Shown here: positions 26,061 to 40,575 of the stretch, piece after piece | Layout: each line of letters starts with the position of its first letter | How positions within the stretch are numbered: the stretch's first letter is position 1 | NCBI GenBank assembly: GCA_951406725.2 | Contig: OX597819.1 | Location: forward strand, 39,184,001-39,248,000 | Reading direction: 5' to 3' | Length of the DNA stretch: 64,000 nucleotides | Source of the DNA: Octopus vulgaris | Lineage: Eukaryota | Program-made: the position numbers and the translations under genes | The notes under the pieces: model-generated | Databases searched by the model: none | What the model saw: only the letters and a program-made list of their open reading frames with translations | Told to the model about the DNA's origin: nothing

Positions 26061-26385
26061 TAATGACACAAAGAAATCTCGGTACTAAAATAATTACATT
26101 CTAATTCAGTATTGAGTACTTTTTCTTGTTGTTCGTTAATGCAAATGTAGATGTACATATATTTTACCTTTTAGTTTGGAGAAAAGACGTTACTTGGTCA
26201 CCGAGAGTGATGTAGTGGAAGGAATAAGTCATCTTCAAGCTGAAAGCCTGGTTGTAGACTTCATCAGTCTATACATACATACATACATACATACATACAT
26301 ACATACATACATACATACATACATACATACATACATACATACATACATACACACGTATATATACACATATATATATATATATATA

Positions 26386-26830
26386 AATTAAATAAGGGTA
26401 GAAATTGATATTAATCAATTAAAACCAGTGGTCTAGTATATTTAAAAATATCCGAAGATTAAACATTTTTTACATACAAAATTTAGAGGATTGACCACTA
26501 AAAGTGGACAGCCTGTATACTAGAAATAGACGTCAAAATCGCCATTTTCCACGGAGAATGTGTTCTCAAGAAAAAAATTCACCAAAAAAACCAAAGCGTA
26601 AAAATAAGCAAGACAAATGAAAATATACGAAATAAAAAACGATTACCTATGTACTGATTAGTTTCACTTGTTAATAATTTACGTATATGAATACATAAAC
26701 ATCTGCAAGATCATTAGCATAGTCTGTCGTTTATAAAACACAATTTCTAGAACTAGATAGATACAGGACGCTCGACCGAAATCCAGCATTGCATAGAGTT
26801 CCATATAAATTATATTTGTGTATCTTTATT
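26386..26830 (-). mobile_element. (TA)n-flanked PLE pseudo-LTR-like element with degenerate hammerhead (~26651-26720)
   Basis: CTAATGA-T-CTTG..CAAG-T-GAAA-CTAA-TC; homologous to 8347-8650. Confidence 0.5.
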
Positions 26831-26855
26831 TTTATATTTGTGTACATATATATAT

Positions 26856-26925
<70 letters not shown>

Positions 26926-26929
<4 letters not shown>

Positions 26930-27180
26930 ATCCAAACAAGGAAGTACAAAAAAACACAACAACGCGAGGACGTGGAACAAATATAGTATTATTGGACGCT
27001 CAGGAAAGAAGTAAAGAAGGAGGGTTTAACGTTTCGAGCGGAGCTCTTCATCGGAAACATAGGAGAAGGAAAGATCCAGAGAAGGGAAGACAGAGGAAAA
27101 AAAAACGGTCGCCAACGGTAAATATAGCCGATTACACGCAGGCAAAACAGGTCACATTTTGAATGCTTATTTCTATCAAA
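26926..27180 (-). mobile_element. (TA)n-flanked short element with minimal hammerhead at 27024-27058
   Basis: GTTT-CCGATGA-A-GAGC-TCC-GCTC-GAAA-CG-TT-AAAC. Confidence 0.75.
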
Positions 27181-28622
<1,442 letters not shown>

Positions 28623-29581
28623 GGAGTGGTGGTGATCCCTGCAGTACTCTTTCGCCACAACTTTCTTTCACTCTTTGCCACAGGTGTGGCGTAATTTGAA
28701 GGCTAAAACAATGCGAAGCGCATTGTGACCAGCGATGTGTAGCAATATCTGATAGCCTGGTCTGTCACGGTGATCGCAGTGATATATATATACGTATATA
28801 TTAATGTTTGCTTCTATATCAAGTTATATACAAATGCATTTTAACATTAAACTGAGATAAATCAATACTTCTTAGCATTTATTAACTTTTACAATAGAGA
28901 GATTGACAGTGACTCGAAGACTGATTTTCTTTGAACTGTGAGTTCCTTTTCGGCTTTATACAGACTTTTCACAAAATATCCCAGGTTTAAATTTCTTAAT
29001 AGAAAACTAACAACATCAACGCCAATTTGATCTATACTGAGCGATAAATTATATTATCAATAAAAACCAACGTTATATACTAAGAACGTTGCGACCTAGA
29101 TATAACGTCAGTTTATACTTTTACATTCATACCTGACTGAACCTAAACAATAACAAAATATTTACATCAAAGTAAGGTAACTCTAAAATATCTCTACCTT
29201 ACTTTCTCTACAAATACATACTTTCCTACTCCTATCATCTTCCATTCCTCCCTTCCTACACAAGTAATTGTCGACACCACCTATACCACACCTAATTATT
29301 ATCACACTGCATTACATATCCAAAAAGAAAGGGTAATCTAATCAAAGCTATATTAAGCCTGAATTAACCAGGCGGAAATTTTGGAATTTCTATCAAACAT
29401 TTCCTTGAAAAAGTTAAGAAACATGTGTGTATGAGTATATATGTACGTGTGCGTTTGTGTAGGTAGTGAGAAATACTATATGTGTGTGAATGTAGTCAAA
29501 TCTCAAACTGTTTACTCATATACATATACATACATACACGAATAAGATTCCAAATTGAGTGAATGGAACGGGTAAAATGTA

Positions 29582-29666
29582 ACCTACATATGTTTCTTAA
29601 CTGGTTGCGATTCTTTATGCAAGTGTCGCGCAACAAACTCTTCTCAGTGTATATAATCATCAGGCT
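29582..29666 (-). ncRNA. type-I hammerhead-like motif in an element with ~60-bp inverted arms (29546-29607 / 29754-29814)
   Basis: AGC-CTGATGA-TTA..TAA-GAAA-CATATG-TA-G(G/C)T; stem I is restored by the sequence in the inverted arm. Confidence 0.6.
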
Positions 29667-30085
29667 GAGATTACTTTAAAGAAGTTTACATTGCCGCAAA
29701 GGATTCCTAAGGCAGCCACAATGGTGAATCCATAACACTTGTATAATGAGCTTCAGCTAGTTAAGAAACATACGTAGCTTACATTTTACCTGTTCCACTC
29801 CCTCAGTTAGAATCATATTCGCATCTTTAGCAGTATTAGTTGCTAACAGTGAGCTCTATAGAAACTATCAGCTTATCAAATTTCTTTGCAACTTCGATAT
29901 AGGAAAAAGTGTGCAACTCTCAATGCCAATAAATTGTTATCTTATCATACACTGCCCACTTTTTGTTCTCTATACTGGCCGCCTACTGCTTGAAGCTTAC
30001 AAACCTCCTACACTTGACCCCCTGGATCATATTTATATACATAAATGTATGTATGTATATATGTATGTATATGTATGTATGTATG

Positions 30086-30142
<57 letters not shown>

Positions 30143-30145
<3 letters not shown>

Positions 30146-30423
30146 TGAAAGAATGGAGTCGAACGAAGATGTTAACAAAAGTCCTTTACTCTCGACATAT
30201 GTTTCGAAGACAGCATGTTTTCATTCCAAAGGAATAAAGGGTGCATTATGCAATCTTCTCATCAGGAAAGCAAGGGACCCTCTCTCGACAACAAGACAAA
30301 CAAACATTTCGATGATTGCCTACATGGTAAACAAAGGATAATGAGTGCTTTTTAAAAAAACCGTTAGAAGAATCGACGTCAAAGTTAGATAGTAGGAAGA
30401 GAAGGGATAAAGGAATAATAGGT

Positions 30424-30428
<5 letters not shown>
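30143..30428 (-). mobile_element. ~290-bp (TA)n-flanked hammerhead-bearing element; second copy at ~55285-55567
   Basis: (TA)n on both sides; colinear homology to the 55 kb copy in the opposite orientation. Confidence 0.8.
30189..30270 (-). ncRNA. type-I hammerhead ribozyme with canonical core
   Basis: CTTTC-CTGATGA-GAAGA..TCTTC-GAAA-CATATG-TC-GAGAG: all conserved core nucleotides, GUC site. Confidence 0.85.
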
Positions 30429-30482
<54 letters not shown>

Positions 30483-30742
30483 TATTCGAATTTGTTTCAG
30501 AAGCGAGGCGCTGTTGAGCAGAAAATACTGTGAAACATCGATATATATCATTCTCGTTCACCTCCGGGGCGGCTTCGTTTCACCTAGCTTTGAAGTATTT
30601 TTTCAACACTATACGTTATTAGAGGGACCTTCTTTGACAAAATACCGTAGCTACAAGCGTTTAACAATACATGCGCACTAAATGTGTGACATTGATAATG
30701 GTTACATTACTGGGCTACTTCTAACACAAATCGGAATATATA

Positions 30743-30781
<39 letters not shown>

Positions 30782-30849
30782 GCATGCGTGTGTGTGTGTA
30801 TATGTAAAATACAAACATGCACTTTTATGCACATAAATGTATGTGTATG

Positions 30850-30880
<31 letters not shown>

Positions 30881-30907
30881 ATGTATATATATATATATAT
30901 ATATATA

Positions 30908-31040
30908 ATAAGTCCCCAAAATGAAGAACAAACAACAAAAACAGTAACGCGTGGATGTGGTACATGTAAAGTATTAGCAGATCCTCTTCAGAAACGGAGG
31001 AAAGTCCAATAGAGAGTAAGACGGAGGAAGAAAATCGCAT
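30908..31040 (-). mobile_element. copy of the 26926 family with the hammerhead region deleted
   Basis: Both flanking segments align to 26926-27110, but the GTTTCGAGC part is absent. Confidence 0.5.
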
Positions 31041-31088
31041 AAATGTTTGTGTATGTATGTATGTATGTATGTTTGTATGTATGTCTGT

Positions 31089-31150
<62 letters not shown>

Positions 31151-31342
31151 CCTTGCGCACATGTCTTTCATCTTTGGTTCTTGTGCGTGTGTGAATGTAT
31201 TTATAAATTTCCGTGTCTTACTGTCTGTGTATGGGCATATGTGTGTATGTACGTATACTAGCACGTAAATTTTCCTACAATACCAGCGATAGCACCAATC
31301 TCTGGCCACCCCACTTCTCACTCACTCTCTCTCTCTCTCTCT

Positions 31343-31386
<44 letters not shown>

Positions 31387-32231
31387 CAAAAGTAAGCGAC
31401 CAAAACATTAAATTAAAGTTAAACCTATCAAACACATCTATAAACCCTCCTCCTGTGAACAAATAGTTGCTGACACAGGCCAAGATTAATTTCCTTCCAT
31501 TGCAGTTTTGACCCTAATTAAGCATTAGATCGATATCAAAATCAATCGCTGAAAGTGTTTCAGTTTAAGAACGATGCTCCTTGATTAGAATAATGTTGAA
31601 TATCATCATTTAAAATGTTGAGCAATTCAATCACGAAAATAAAACGTTTATTTTAATTAATTAATTCAATTCCAAGACAGTGGAATGACTGAAATACTTA
31701 TTTAGAAAACTACTGCTAATCAGTGGGCTTAGGTGAAACGATTACAATTAAATACAACTCTATCTTGGTCATACGATCATAATCTTGATCGAATGGTTGT
31801 TAACTCTTGATGTAACAAAATCAAACTGATTGTGAAAACATCAAATGACTGAATCTTTTATTATTTATACTGGTATTCTTATTGTTGTTGTTGTTGTTGT
31901 TTTGTTGTTGCTGTTTAGTCATGGGTCAGCTTTTATTGAACAATCCTATAATCAAAGACATTTTACACATGACCATCTCGTCTTTTTGTATATTGCGTGC
32001 TATAATTTCCAATGTGTTCTTTCTGTTTTTATGCTTTTTTTTAGATAGTTGGCAGGTTGCTTAATGAAGACTTGGCTTACTGTTTCTAGCAACTAGAGGC
32101 TCTCTAGTTCACTTGCTAGCCTGTTATTATTTAGTAGAATTGTTAGAGCATCGGACGAAATATCTTGTGGTATATTTCGCATTCTAAGTTCAAATCACAC
32201 CGACGTCAACTTTTCCTTTCATCCTTCCAGA

Positions 32232-32584
32232 CAGGGGCTGTAAATAATTGATTGGAACCTTTCCAATCAATTATTTTCCTAGCAATCAATTAATTTTAAT
32301 TGGGGATACAGGCCAATCAATTATTGCAATTAATTGTCAATATTTTGTCGAACGTAAAAACGCCATACATATAAAAGGTACGTCTTATGTTTACATTATT
32401 TACATGACGGATATTTGTCCTCATCTTGTTTGTTGTCATGGGGAAATTTCGAACACTACGCCATATGCCCACGGGCATATTGCGTATTAGTTCAGAGAGC
32501 GGACTACTAACCCCAAGATTCCGAGTTCTATTCTAGGCAGTGACCCGAATAATAATAACAACAACAACAACAACAACAACAATG

Positions 32585-32642
<58 letters not shown>

Positions 32643-34021
32643 CAACATCGAAAAATACCTTAGGAATGAGAACCTAGGATCGAATTTTCCCCAAGACACC
32701 TGATGAAGGCTGGAGAGTATATCAGCCGAAACGATGTGTTAACAACAAACAAGATGAGGACAAATATCCGTCAAATGTAAATAATGTACATAATTAATCA
32801 TCTCTCAAATACAGAACTGCACTGTCTTATAGTTTCAAAAAACTTTATTATCAGAAAACGTTCAAAGTTCAATTTTATTGACTTAGAATACGGAACAAAC
32901 AGCATGAATACTCTACGTTGTACAGAAGTTGAAAAACAAATAAATTAAAAGTCTTTAATTGAAAGATTTTCTCAAACGATTAGCTCAATTAAAATGTTCT
33001 AGTATAGCAAAAAGTTATGAATAATTGCAGATTTCTGAAACTAGTTCTTCATCCCAGAAAACGCAATTGTCTTTTAGAAATAATTTCATTTCTAAATGCA
33101 TTGGTGTTAAGTATTGCCGAAAATCATTAAAAGCGTAACCTGCTGAGCTGAAGAAAAGCTCCAAAATGTTGCACGTTGGTAACAAAAATCTACAGTTCAG
33201 ATATTTCTGGGGTGGAATTTTATCTTTTTTGTGTATTTTCAAACAAAATTGAAGCAAAATCATCAACCTCTACAGGTAAATCAGACTGTTGTAACGTGTC
33301 TGTCATCACTTTCAGCTGATGTAGAGCAGCTATTTCATCCGCAGTTAGCTCTGTTTTTGCATGTTGTAAAATTTCACAACTTCACTTTCAAAATTTTGGC
33401 TGTGCACAATGGCTGCCAATGAAAGCAAATATTTTTAAAACTCCTCGTAAGGATACAATGCGAGAATTTCATCAAAAACAATTCGAGCATCTCCCAAATC
33501 TATTTCTGTTCTTTGCAAGGCGACTGTTACTGAGTGTAACTTTCCTAAATTGTCTAAATGGAGGATATTTCGCTACTCCACTGATGAAAATCTGATTCAA
33601 TTAATATTTTGGAGCGGAATTCAAGATACAACCGCGTTGCAGGTGAAGTTGCGATTTAATGACTTAACAGAATGTGTGAATTATTCTCTCGGCAGTCAGA
33701 ACCAAGAATCATTTGACAGCGATTATTTGACAACATACACAATATTCAATTCCTAAGCATGACATAATGTATGAATCATTCTCAGCAGCCAGATCATAGC
33801 GTCAACACAATGTCTCAAATAATAATAGAAAGCTGCATTTGTCAATTGAACGTCAAATGAAGTATGAGCCATTTGGAAAACTTTTGCTGACAATGTTGCA
33901 ATTAACTGCAATTAATTGATACGATAGTAATCAATTATTTAATTGGCAGTACGATTCCAGTCAATTAATTGGACCAATATATTGCAATTACTTTTTCGTC
34001 AATTAATTTTTACAACTCCTG
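32232..34021 (-). mobile_element. hAT transposon relic with 8-bp TSD
   Basis: CAGGGGCTGTAAA...TTTACAACTCCTG ends; TSD CTTCCAG(A/T); dimerisation-domain remnant LLPTCNILELFFSSAG..R..LTPMHLEMKLFLKDN..FWD at 33015-33266. Confidence 0.85.
32389..32822 (+). mobile_element. composite element: inverted arm + tRNA-like segment + (AAT)n + hammerhead-like motif (32695-32740)
   Basis: Arms 32392-32436 / 32742-32788; GACAC-CTGATGA-A-GGCTG..CAGCC-GAAA-CG-AT-GTGTT. Confidence 0.7.
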
Positions 34022-34980
34022 CTTCCAGTGTCGATAATATAAAGTATCTATCAAGAACTGAGTTCGATTTAATCGACTAACAACGGCCCTCACCCTAAAT
34101 TTCAGGGCTTGTGCCTATGCTAAAAACAAATAGATCTGTAAATTGGCAGAACTGTTAAAGTTCTATACACAGCCTTGCAGTATTTGTCCCAGTTCTTTGC
34201 GTTCTGAGTTCAAATCCTGCTGAGGTTAATTTTGTCTTTCATCTTCGGTGTCGATAAAATAAAATACCAGTCAAGTTCTTCAGTTTATTTAATCTCTTAA
34301 AACCTCACCCCCAACTTTATGACCTCGAGCCTATGTTAGAAACAATTATGATCGCTATTTCCTGTAAAGCAGTGACCTGGAAGAATCGTTAGCACGCCGG
34401 GAAAATGCTTAGCGGCATTTCGTGTCTTTACGTCTTGAGGTAAAATTCCGCCGAGGTCGACTTTGCTTTCTATCCTTTAGGGGCCGATAAAATAAGTGCC
34501 ACTTAAGTATTGGCTTCGATATAATCGACTAACTTACTCCTTCAAAAACTGCTGGTCTTGTGCCAAAATTTGAAAACATTATTACTATTTCCTGTCTATA
34601 TCAAATTTTCCCATATTTTTTTACACAACCTTGTACCTTCTTGTATTATTTCATAGTCACAGAACAGGTATTCTGCATCTTATACTACATTCCATTTTGG
34701 TATCTCTTGTTAATCTGTATCCAACGCAGAGTCAATTAACAAGTGTTCGTTTGCTCTACGTGGGCTTCGAGCCCCTTGACATATTTTCAACTGGTTGCAT
34801 CTTATACTTGGCATTGATGGAACATTTAATTATCTTTCTTTACACAATTGTATCGTAGAATCTTTAGAAACACACGTTGCTATAGAAATTATAAAACTTT
34901 TGTTGCATTTAGTCTTCTTCAACAGTGGCTTTTTACAAAACCTGCGTGGGCTTGGCTGTTTTTTTTTCCTGGAAAGTATT

Positions 34981-35011
<31 letters not shown>

Positions 35012-35553
35012 AGTGAGAGAGCAGTGCATGCCATCAAAGTGGCACTCGGGTAAAATATACGAAGCCCAGTATACCCATCATGGATACCCGTCTGAAAAGG
35101 GTACACCAGACACATGCATCACAATCAAATGTGCGCGACATGGTGATATCATATCAAGATAAACAGCACATGACCTGGAAGGTGGGGCCCAGTTAGAATT
35201 TTCTTCAGGTCGAGTAGCCCATTCCACTTAAATGATCCCTGAATAAGGGTTGTTTAAGGATGTTGAACGAAACACCCATGTTCCCAGAAGTAAATTATCC
35301 AAACCCCTTTCAACATATGGCTATGATGCTCCCCCACTACTTCTGCTCATGATCAGATATACGCATATCGTCAGCCACTAAAGGACATGCTCAACCGGTT
35401 ATGGTCAAACAACTGACAAGCAAATCTGTGGTATTGAGCAGAATATTTGCTGTAGCCCATCTTTTATACCAAGACAAAACAAAGTACATGATAACACTTC
35501 CAATCAGTTAAGATCAGAAGCCATGGGAGCCACTGCCTGGTACTTGTCAGGGC

Positions 35554-35557
<4 letters not shown>
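35012..35557 (-). mobile_element. non-coding repeat-like segment starting at the (TAA)n tract; possibly the 5' UTR or a non-autonomous partner of the Dong-like LINE
   Basis: Sharp boundaries between (GTT)n and (TTA)n tracts, higher GC than its surroundings; identity and strand are inferred. Confidence 0.4.
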
Positions 35558-35624
<67 letters not shown>

Positions 35625-35625
<1 letters not shown>

Positions 35626-35752
35626 CCAGTAGTTTTATGTTTATAGCGTGCTTTCACTTCACTACCGAGCGCAGCTCTGTATGCTTTGGGTATGTGCTGT
35701 GATTTGTTGTGATGCTCTGATGATTATTGTATGGAAAGTGTTCTGCGTAGGA
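35625..35752 (-). mobile_element. second, extremely 5'-truncated copy of the R4/Dong-like LINE 3' end
   Basis: Near-identical to 35772-35898; bounded by (TAA)n. Confidence 0.85.
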
Positions 35753-35761
35753 TTATTATTA

Positions 35762-37097
35762 TTATTATTTTCAGTAGTTTTATTTTTATAGCGTGCTTTC
35801 ACTTCACTACCGAGCGCAGCTCTGTGTGCCTTGGGTATGTGCTGTGATTTGTTGTGATGCTCTGATGGTTATTGTATGGAAAGTGTTCTGTGTAGGATGT
35901 GTGCAGTGCCTAGTAGTGCAATTTTCTGTATGTTATATGTGTTTGTAAGTCCTGGTGTTTTTGTTATGTATTTGTCTGAATATTTTTTATCATGCCTAAT
36001 GCACCTACTATGATAGGAATTGTTTCTGTTTTTAGATTCCACATTCTGGTTACCTCTATTTCCAGGTCTTTGTATTTTGAAAGTTTCTCCATTTCTTTTA
36101 GAGACGTTGTCATCTGCCGGTATTGATACATCAATTAGAAAGCATTTTTTTTCTTCATGATCTCTGACAACTATATCTGGTCTGTTGGCCTTAATTTCTC
36201 TATCTGTGTGTATCGGCATATCCCAGAGTATGGCTGCTTTCTCGTTTTCTGTGACCTTTTCTGGTGTGTGCCTATACCATCTTTTTTCTGTTGTTATTCC
36301 ATAATGTTGGCATAGCTTCCAGTGTATGTAGGTTCCAACTCTGACATGTCTGTGAATATATTCCTTCTTAGCCAGGACTGGGCAGCTAGAGATAATATGA
36401 TTTATTGTTTCTTGTCCATCTCCACATATTCTGAAGTTACTTATTATATTTCTGTTCATTACATGTTTTTGGTAATTTCTGGTGAGGAGGCTTTGGTCTT
36501 GTGCTGCAATTAAAAATCCCTCTGTCTCTGCTTTGAGTCTTAAGCTTCTCAACCATTGCTGGGATTTTTCTTTGTCTATTTCTTTTGCGTTTAGTTTAGT
36601 CCAGTATTTACCATGAAGGGGCTTTTCTTGCCATCGTTTTATCATGGTTCGTTGCTGTTCTATTTTTAGTTTGGATTTCATTTGTTTTATAGCTTTTGTT
36701 GTTTCTTTATCTTCTTCTTCTTCTTCTTCTTCTCCTCCTCCTCCTCCTCCTTCTTCTTCTTCTTCTTCTTCTTCTTCTTCTTCTTCTTCTTCTTCTTCAT
36801 ATTTATTAGGTGGTATGATTTCTTGTTTGTATTTGTCAGCTTCCTTAAATACTGAGAACAGTTTTTTGTTTTGCTCGTGTTTTGCCGCTATTTGTATCAG
36901 TTTTCCTTCCTTCTGAAGTAGATATTTTTGCAGTCCTATGGTGGTTATTTTATAGTAGTTTTCAGCTGTATAAAGGCCTCTACTACCTTCTATACGTTGT
37001 ATATATAGTCTTTCTATGTCAGATTTTGGGTGATGCATCCTAGATCCTGTCATTATTTTTCTTGTTTTCCTATCTATTTTGGTCAGTTCATTTAGTG

Positions 37098-37100
<3 letters not shown>
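35762..37100 (-). pseudogene. 5'-truncated R4/Dong-clade RLE LINE (RT C-terminus, CCHC, restriction-like endonuclease)
   Basis: HPKSDIERLY, KPLHG, AAQDQ, RICGDGQETINHIISSC, NRPDIVV..LIDVSIP; (TAA)n on both sides; frameshift near the C-terminus. Confidence 0.92.
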
Positions 37101-37156
<56 letters not shown>

Positions 37157-37589
37157 TATCCATTTAAATTGCGTTCTGTCATTAAATACCTGGTTTTCTT
37201 TTTTCATCTTTACTGGCAATACCCGTTCGGATATCGTGCGGAGGACCACCAGCCAATGTAAGTTGGGGAAGGGTTGTCTGCAAAAATATAATTTAATATT
37301 TTTCCTGCTCGCAAATTATTGTTTAGTATACAAAATGTTAGAGACGTTTATTTTATTTCGGAACTCCGTTTCTTACGAGATATGTTTTTCAGATACAAAC
37401 GACAACAATAACGGCAAAACCAATGAATAACACGTTCATATAAATGGTTGAAAGGGCAGCCATAAATATGCATAAAGTTATAACGGAAATCCAGAGACAG
37501 AACTTATGAAAAGACGTGTGTGTGTGTGTGTGTGTGTATACACACATATAAATATACATTTCTATACATATACACATACCTATACATAT

Positions 37590-37630
<41 letters not shown>

Positions 37631-38563
37631 GTCTAGTCGGACTAACAATATAATTTCTGCGAGACGTCGAACCGTTTATTCTTCTTGAATATAATGTCTT
37701 GAGAAATATACCATTCGCTCTCTACAGAAATCTGCTTCGCAAATAGATATCATCAGATTTGACTGAAAAATGATATCTGGAAAAATAAGTTTATTTGTTG
37801 TATGTTGTAATTCCATAGTATTTTCTGTGCAATGTAGATTTACTGTCGATATTGTCAGACTTCTATTACGTGACGAGACAAATAGAATTACTTTTTTTTT
37901 TTTTTTCTTTTTATCATGACACGATTCCTAAAGTTGTTGTCTTCGAAATAATAACGGAAGAGACTGTTTCATTTATTTATTTATTTATTTATTTGGAAGG
38001 TGGGTGAGTTGATGGGTAGGTGTAGGGGGGGGAAATTTCGTCTCTAACAATAAATGTTTATCGCATAAAATGTCGGAACATTTCGAAAATACCAGTGAAA
38101 TAAATTACAACACACGCACACACGTGCACACACACACACATAAAGCGCTTTGTCGAACACTTTATGATTCTGCCAATCTAGCACTATACCAAAAATAAAA
38201 TGTAAAGCCGTCCACGGCGAGATTTGAACACACAACGTAAAATACCGTAACTAAATACAGCATAACATTTTGTTCGACAACTAGAACGCGTTTGTCACTC
38301 CATCGTCCTTTTAATCATATTCAACCTAATGAGTACCCTTTGCATATCTACTGAGAATAAATATTCATTTTTGCAGTTGTTAACTTACTAGAAGCAGAAC
38401 TTGATCTCCAATCATCCCCCGCGTTACAGAAGCTCGCCATATTTTGGAGTTCCATAACGAGAAACATATATTTCATTGCCTTCTGTTGCGTAGACGTCAA
38501 AGAGAATATGTGTTTCGCATTACGGAACTCCGCGTTAACTCGAGTTTTTCATGAACGCAACGC

Positions 38564-38960
38564 GGATCTTTTCGGTTTGAACGGCATTTTTTTCTAGCGG
38601 TGTCATATGAAATTGTCACCCATAATTATGACCCTAGTATCGATCTATTGCATTTCAATCTGTTTTAGGGTTAGGGAAGGGTATCTTTTTTTCTTCACAA
38701 ATGTAAATAAACCCAATGTTTCTTAAACGAGGGACATATTCATACGGCACAGAATGTTTTTTACCTCAATAGACGTATTTGATTGGTTTAAATTGCAGAA
38801 ATTGAAGAAAAAAACAAATATCATACAAACTATAGAATTTTCTCAATAAAGCCATGAGAAAAAAATGTTTTATAAACACATTCTACCAATATACGAAGTT
38901 TAAAATTTTTTTGTTACCTAGAAATTATGTTAAAAACTGCCGTTCAAACCGAAAAGATCC
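38564..38960. mobile_element. MITE with GG..CC TIRs and 8-bp TSD (Merlin-like)
   Basis: TIR GGATCTTTTCGGTTTGAACGGCA; TSD CGCAACGC; internal TTAGGG x2. Confidence 0.9.
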
Positions 38961-39018
38961 CGCAACGCTTCCGTAATGCAATGGTTGCCAATAAAACACG
39001 TTTCTCTTTATCATTTAA

Positions 39019-39383
39019 CTAGCAGTATCGCCCGGCGTTGCTCGGGTTTGTTTCGACCTTATAGAATTGGAATTTTTGAAAAGTAAAAATTTTGCATTAT
39101 GTAGCTTGTTATTCTCTTTAAGTGAACATTTTTCTGGTTGAAATACACCGAAAAATGGCGACACAGCAGTCAAAAAATCGTAAAAAAAGCACCTTTTTGG
39201 TGTAAATAATTTTTGGTCTTAACATGGTCCGATTTGAAGTTTCTATGGAAGGAAGAGCAAGCCTTCTATCATACTCCCAATTTTGGTCAACTTGCGCCGC
39301 AGGGTCTCTCGAAGGAAATAGTGTTAATTGAAGACTACCAAACCTGCCATACACAGACAACTTCAGCTTTATATAGAGAGAGA
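39019..39383 (-). mobile_element. non-autonomous Helitron-like element
   Basis: Minus strand A|TC start, subterminal hairpin CCCGAGCAACGCCGGG, CTAG|T end. Confidence 0.75.
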
Positions 39384-39445
39384 TAAATAATAGAATATAC
39401 ATACATAACTACATACAATATATTCGTGGGCAGTTAATGTGCATA

Positions 39446-40575
39446 CAGGGGTTGGACAAAATAATGAAAACACCTAGCATCATAGCATCATAATTTTGAA
39501 ATATCTATAAAACCGTCAAAAACTTGTTTATTTTGTTTTTTTTTATTTGTTATTAGTGTTGCTTAATGGTTTGCTAAAATTGCTGTTTCTTTTCAGAGGT
39601 CATCAGAAAAGGGTAATAAAAATTCATTAAAATGACAGATCTATCAGACTTTCAAAGAGGTCAAATTGTTAGTGCTGGTATGGCAGGCGCTAGCGTAACG
39701 GAAACAGCCGAAATATTTGGTGTATTGAGAATACTGTCTCGAAAGTAAGGAAATCTTTGAGAAAGAGGGGGAAAAAACCTCATCGTCGAAGCAAAACTCC
39801 AAAAGAAAACTTTCAGACAGGGACCGTCGGACTCTTACGAGAATTGTTAGAAATTATCGCAAAAGTACAGCTTTCAAAATTACTGCAGAGCTTAATGACC
39901 ACCTCGAGAACCCAGTTTCCACAAAAACTGTTCGCCAGGAGCTGCACAAAGCCAGATTTCACAGGAGGGCTGCAATCAGAAAACCACTACTTTCAAAAAC
40001 AAACGTTGAAAAGTGTTTAGAGTGAAATAAAAACCTACAGAATTGGTCCCGAGAGAATGTTATTTTCTCGAAAGAGTCATCCTTTACTTTATTTTCGACC
40101 ACCGGCCGAGTATACGTGTGGAGACTAAGCATTTTGTCTTATCAAATTCATCCTATTTCCAGAGGGAAACACAAGCTTTCATGATGATAATGCACCAATT
40201 CATACAGCTAAAGTTGTTACTGAATGGTACGAGGAACATTCTAGTGAAGTTGAACATCTTATTTGGCCACTTCAGTCACTGTAACTTAGCGGTTCGGCAA
40301 AAGATTCCAATAGTACTAGGCTTAAAAAAAGTCCTGGCGATGCATTTTAGAAAAACAAGTAAGGAGTCGATATCCTACACCATCGTCACTACAAAAACTG
40401 GAGACTGTTTTAGCTGAAGAATGAGCAAAAATTCCTTTGGAAACAATTCAAACTTTGTACGAGTCCATACCTCGTAGATTTCAAGCTGTAATTACAACCA
40501 AAGGCATTCCTACCCCATATTAAAATAAATTTGTTTGAAATTTTAAGGTGTTTCCATTATTTTGACCAGCCCCTG
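39446..40575 (+). mobile_element. decayed Tc1-like transposon
   Basis: TA-CAGGGGTTGGACAAAATAATG TIRs at both ends; MTDLSDFQRGQIV, HDDNAPIH; SINE A fragment inserted at ~40281-40340. Confidence 0.9.

Larger units (their letters stand above)
32135..34575 (+). mobile_element. three tandem SINE family B copies; the first is split by the hAT element
   Basis: Halves at 32135-32231 and 34022-34130; further copies at ~34140-34350 and ~34365-34575. Confidence 0.75.

Noticed and set aside
35480-35557. Possible HDV-like ribozyme at the start of the 545-bp segment
   Set aside because: I could not identify the nested double-pseudoknot pairings by eye
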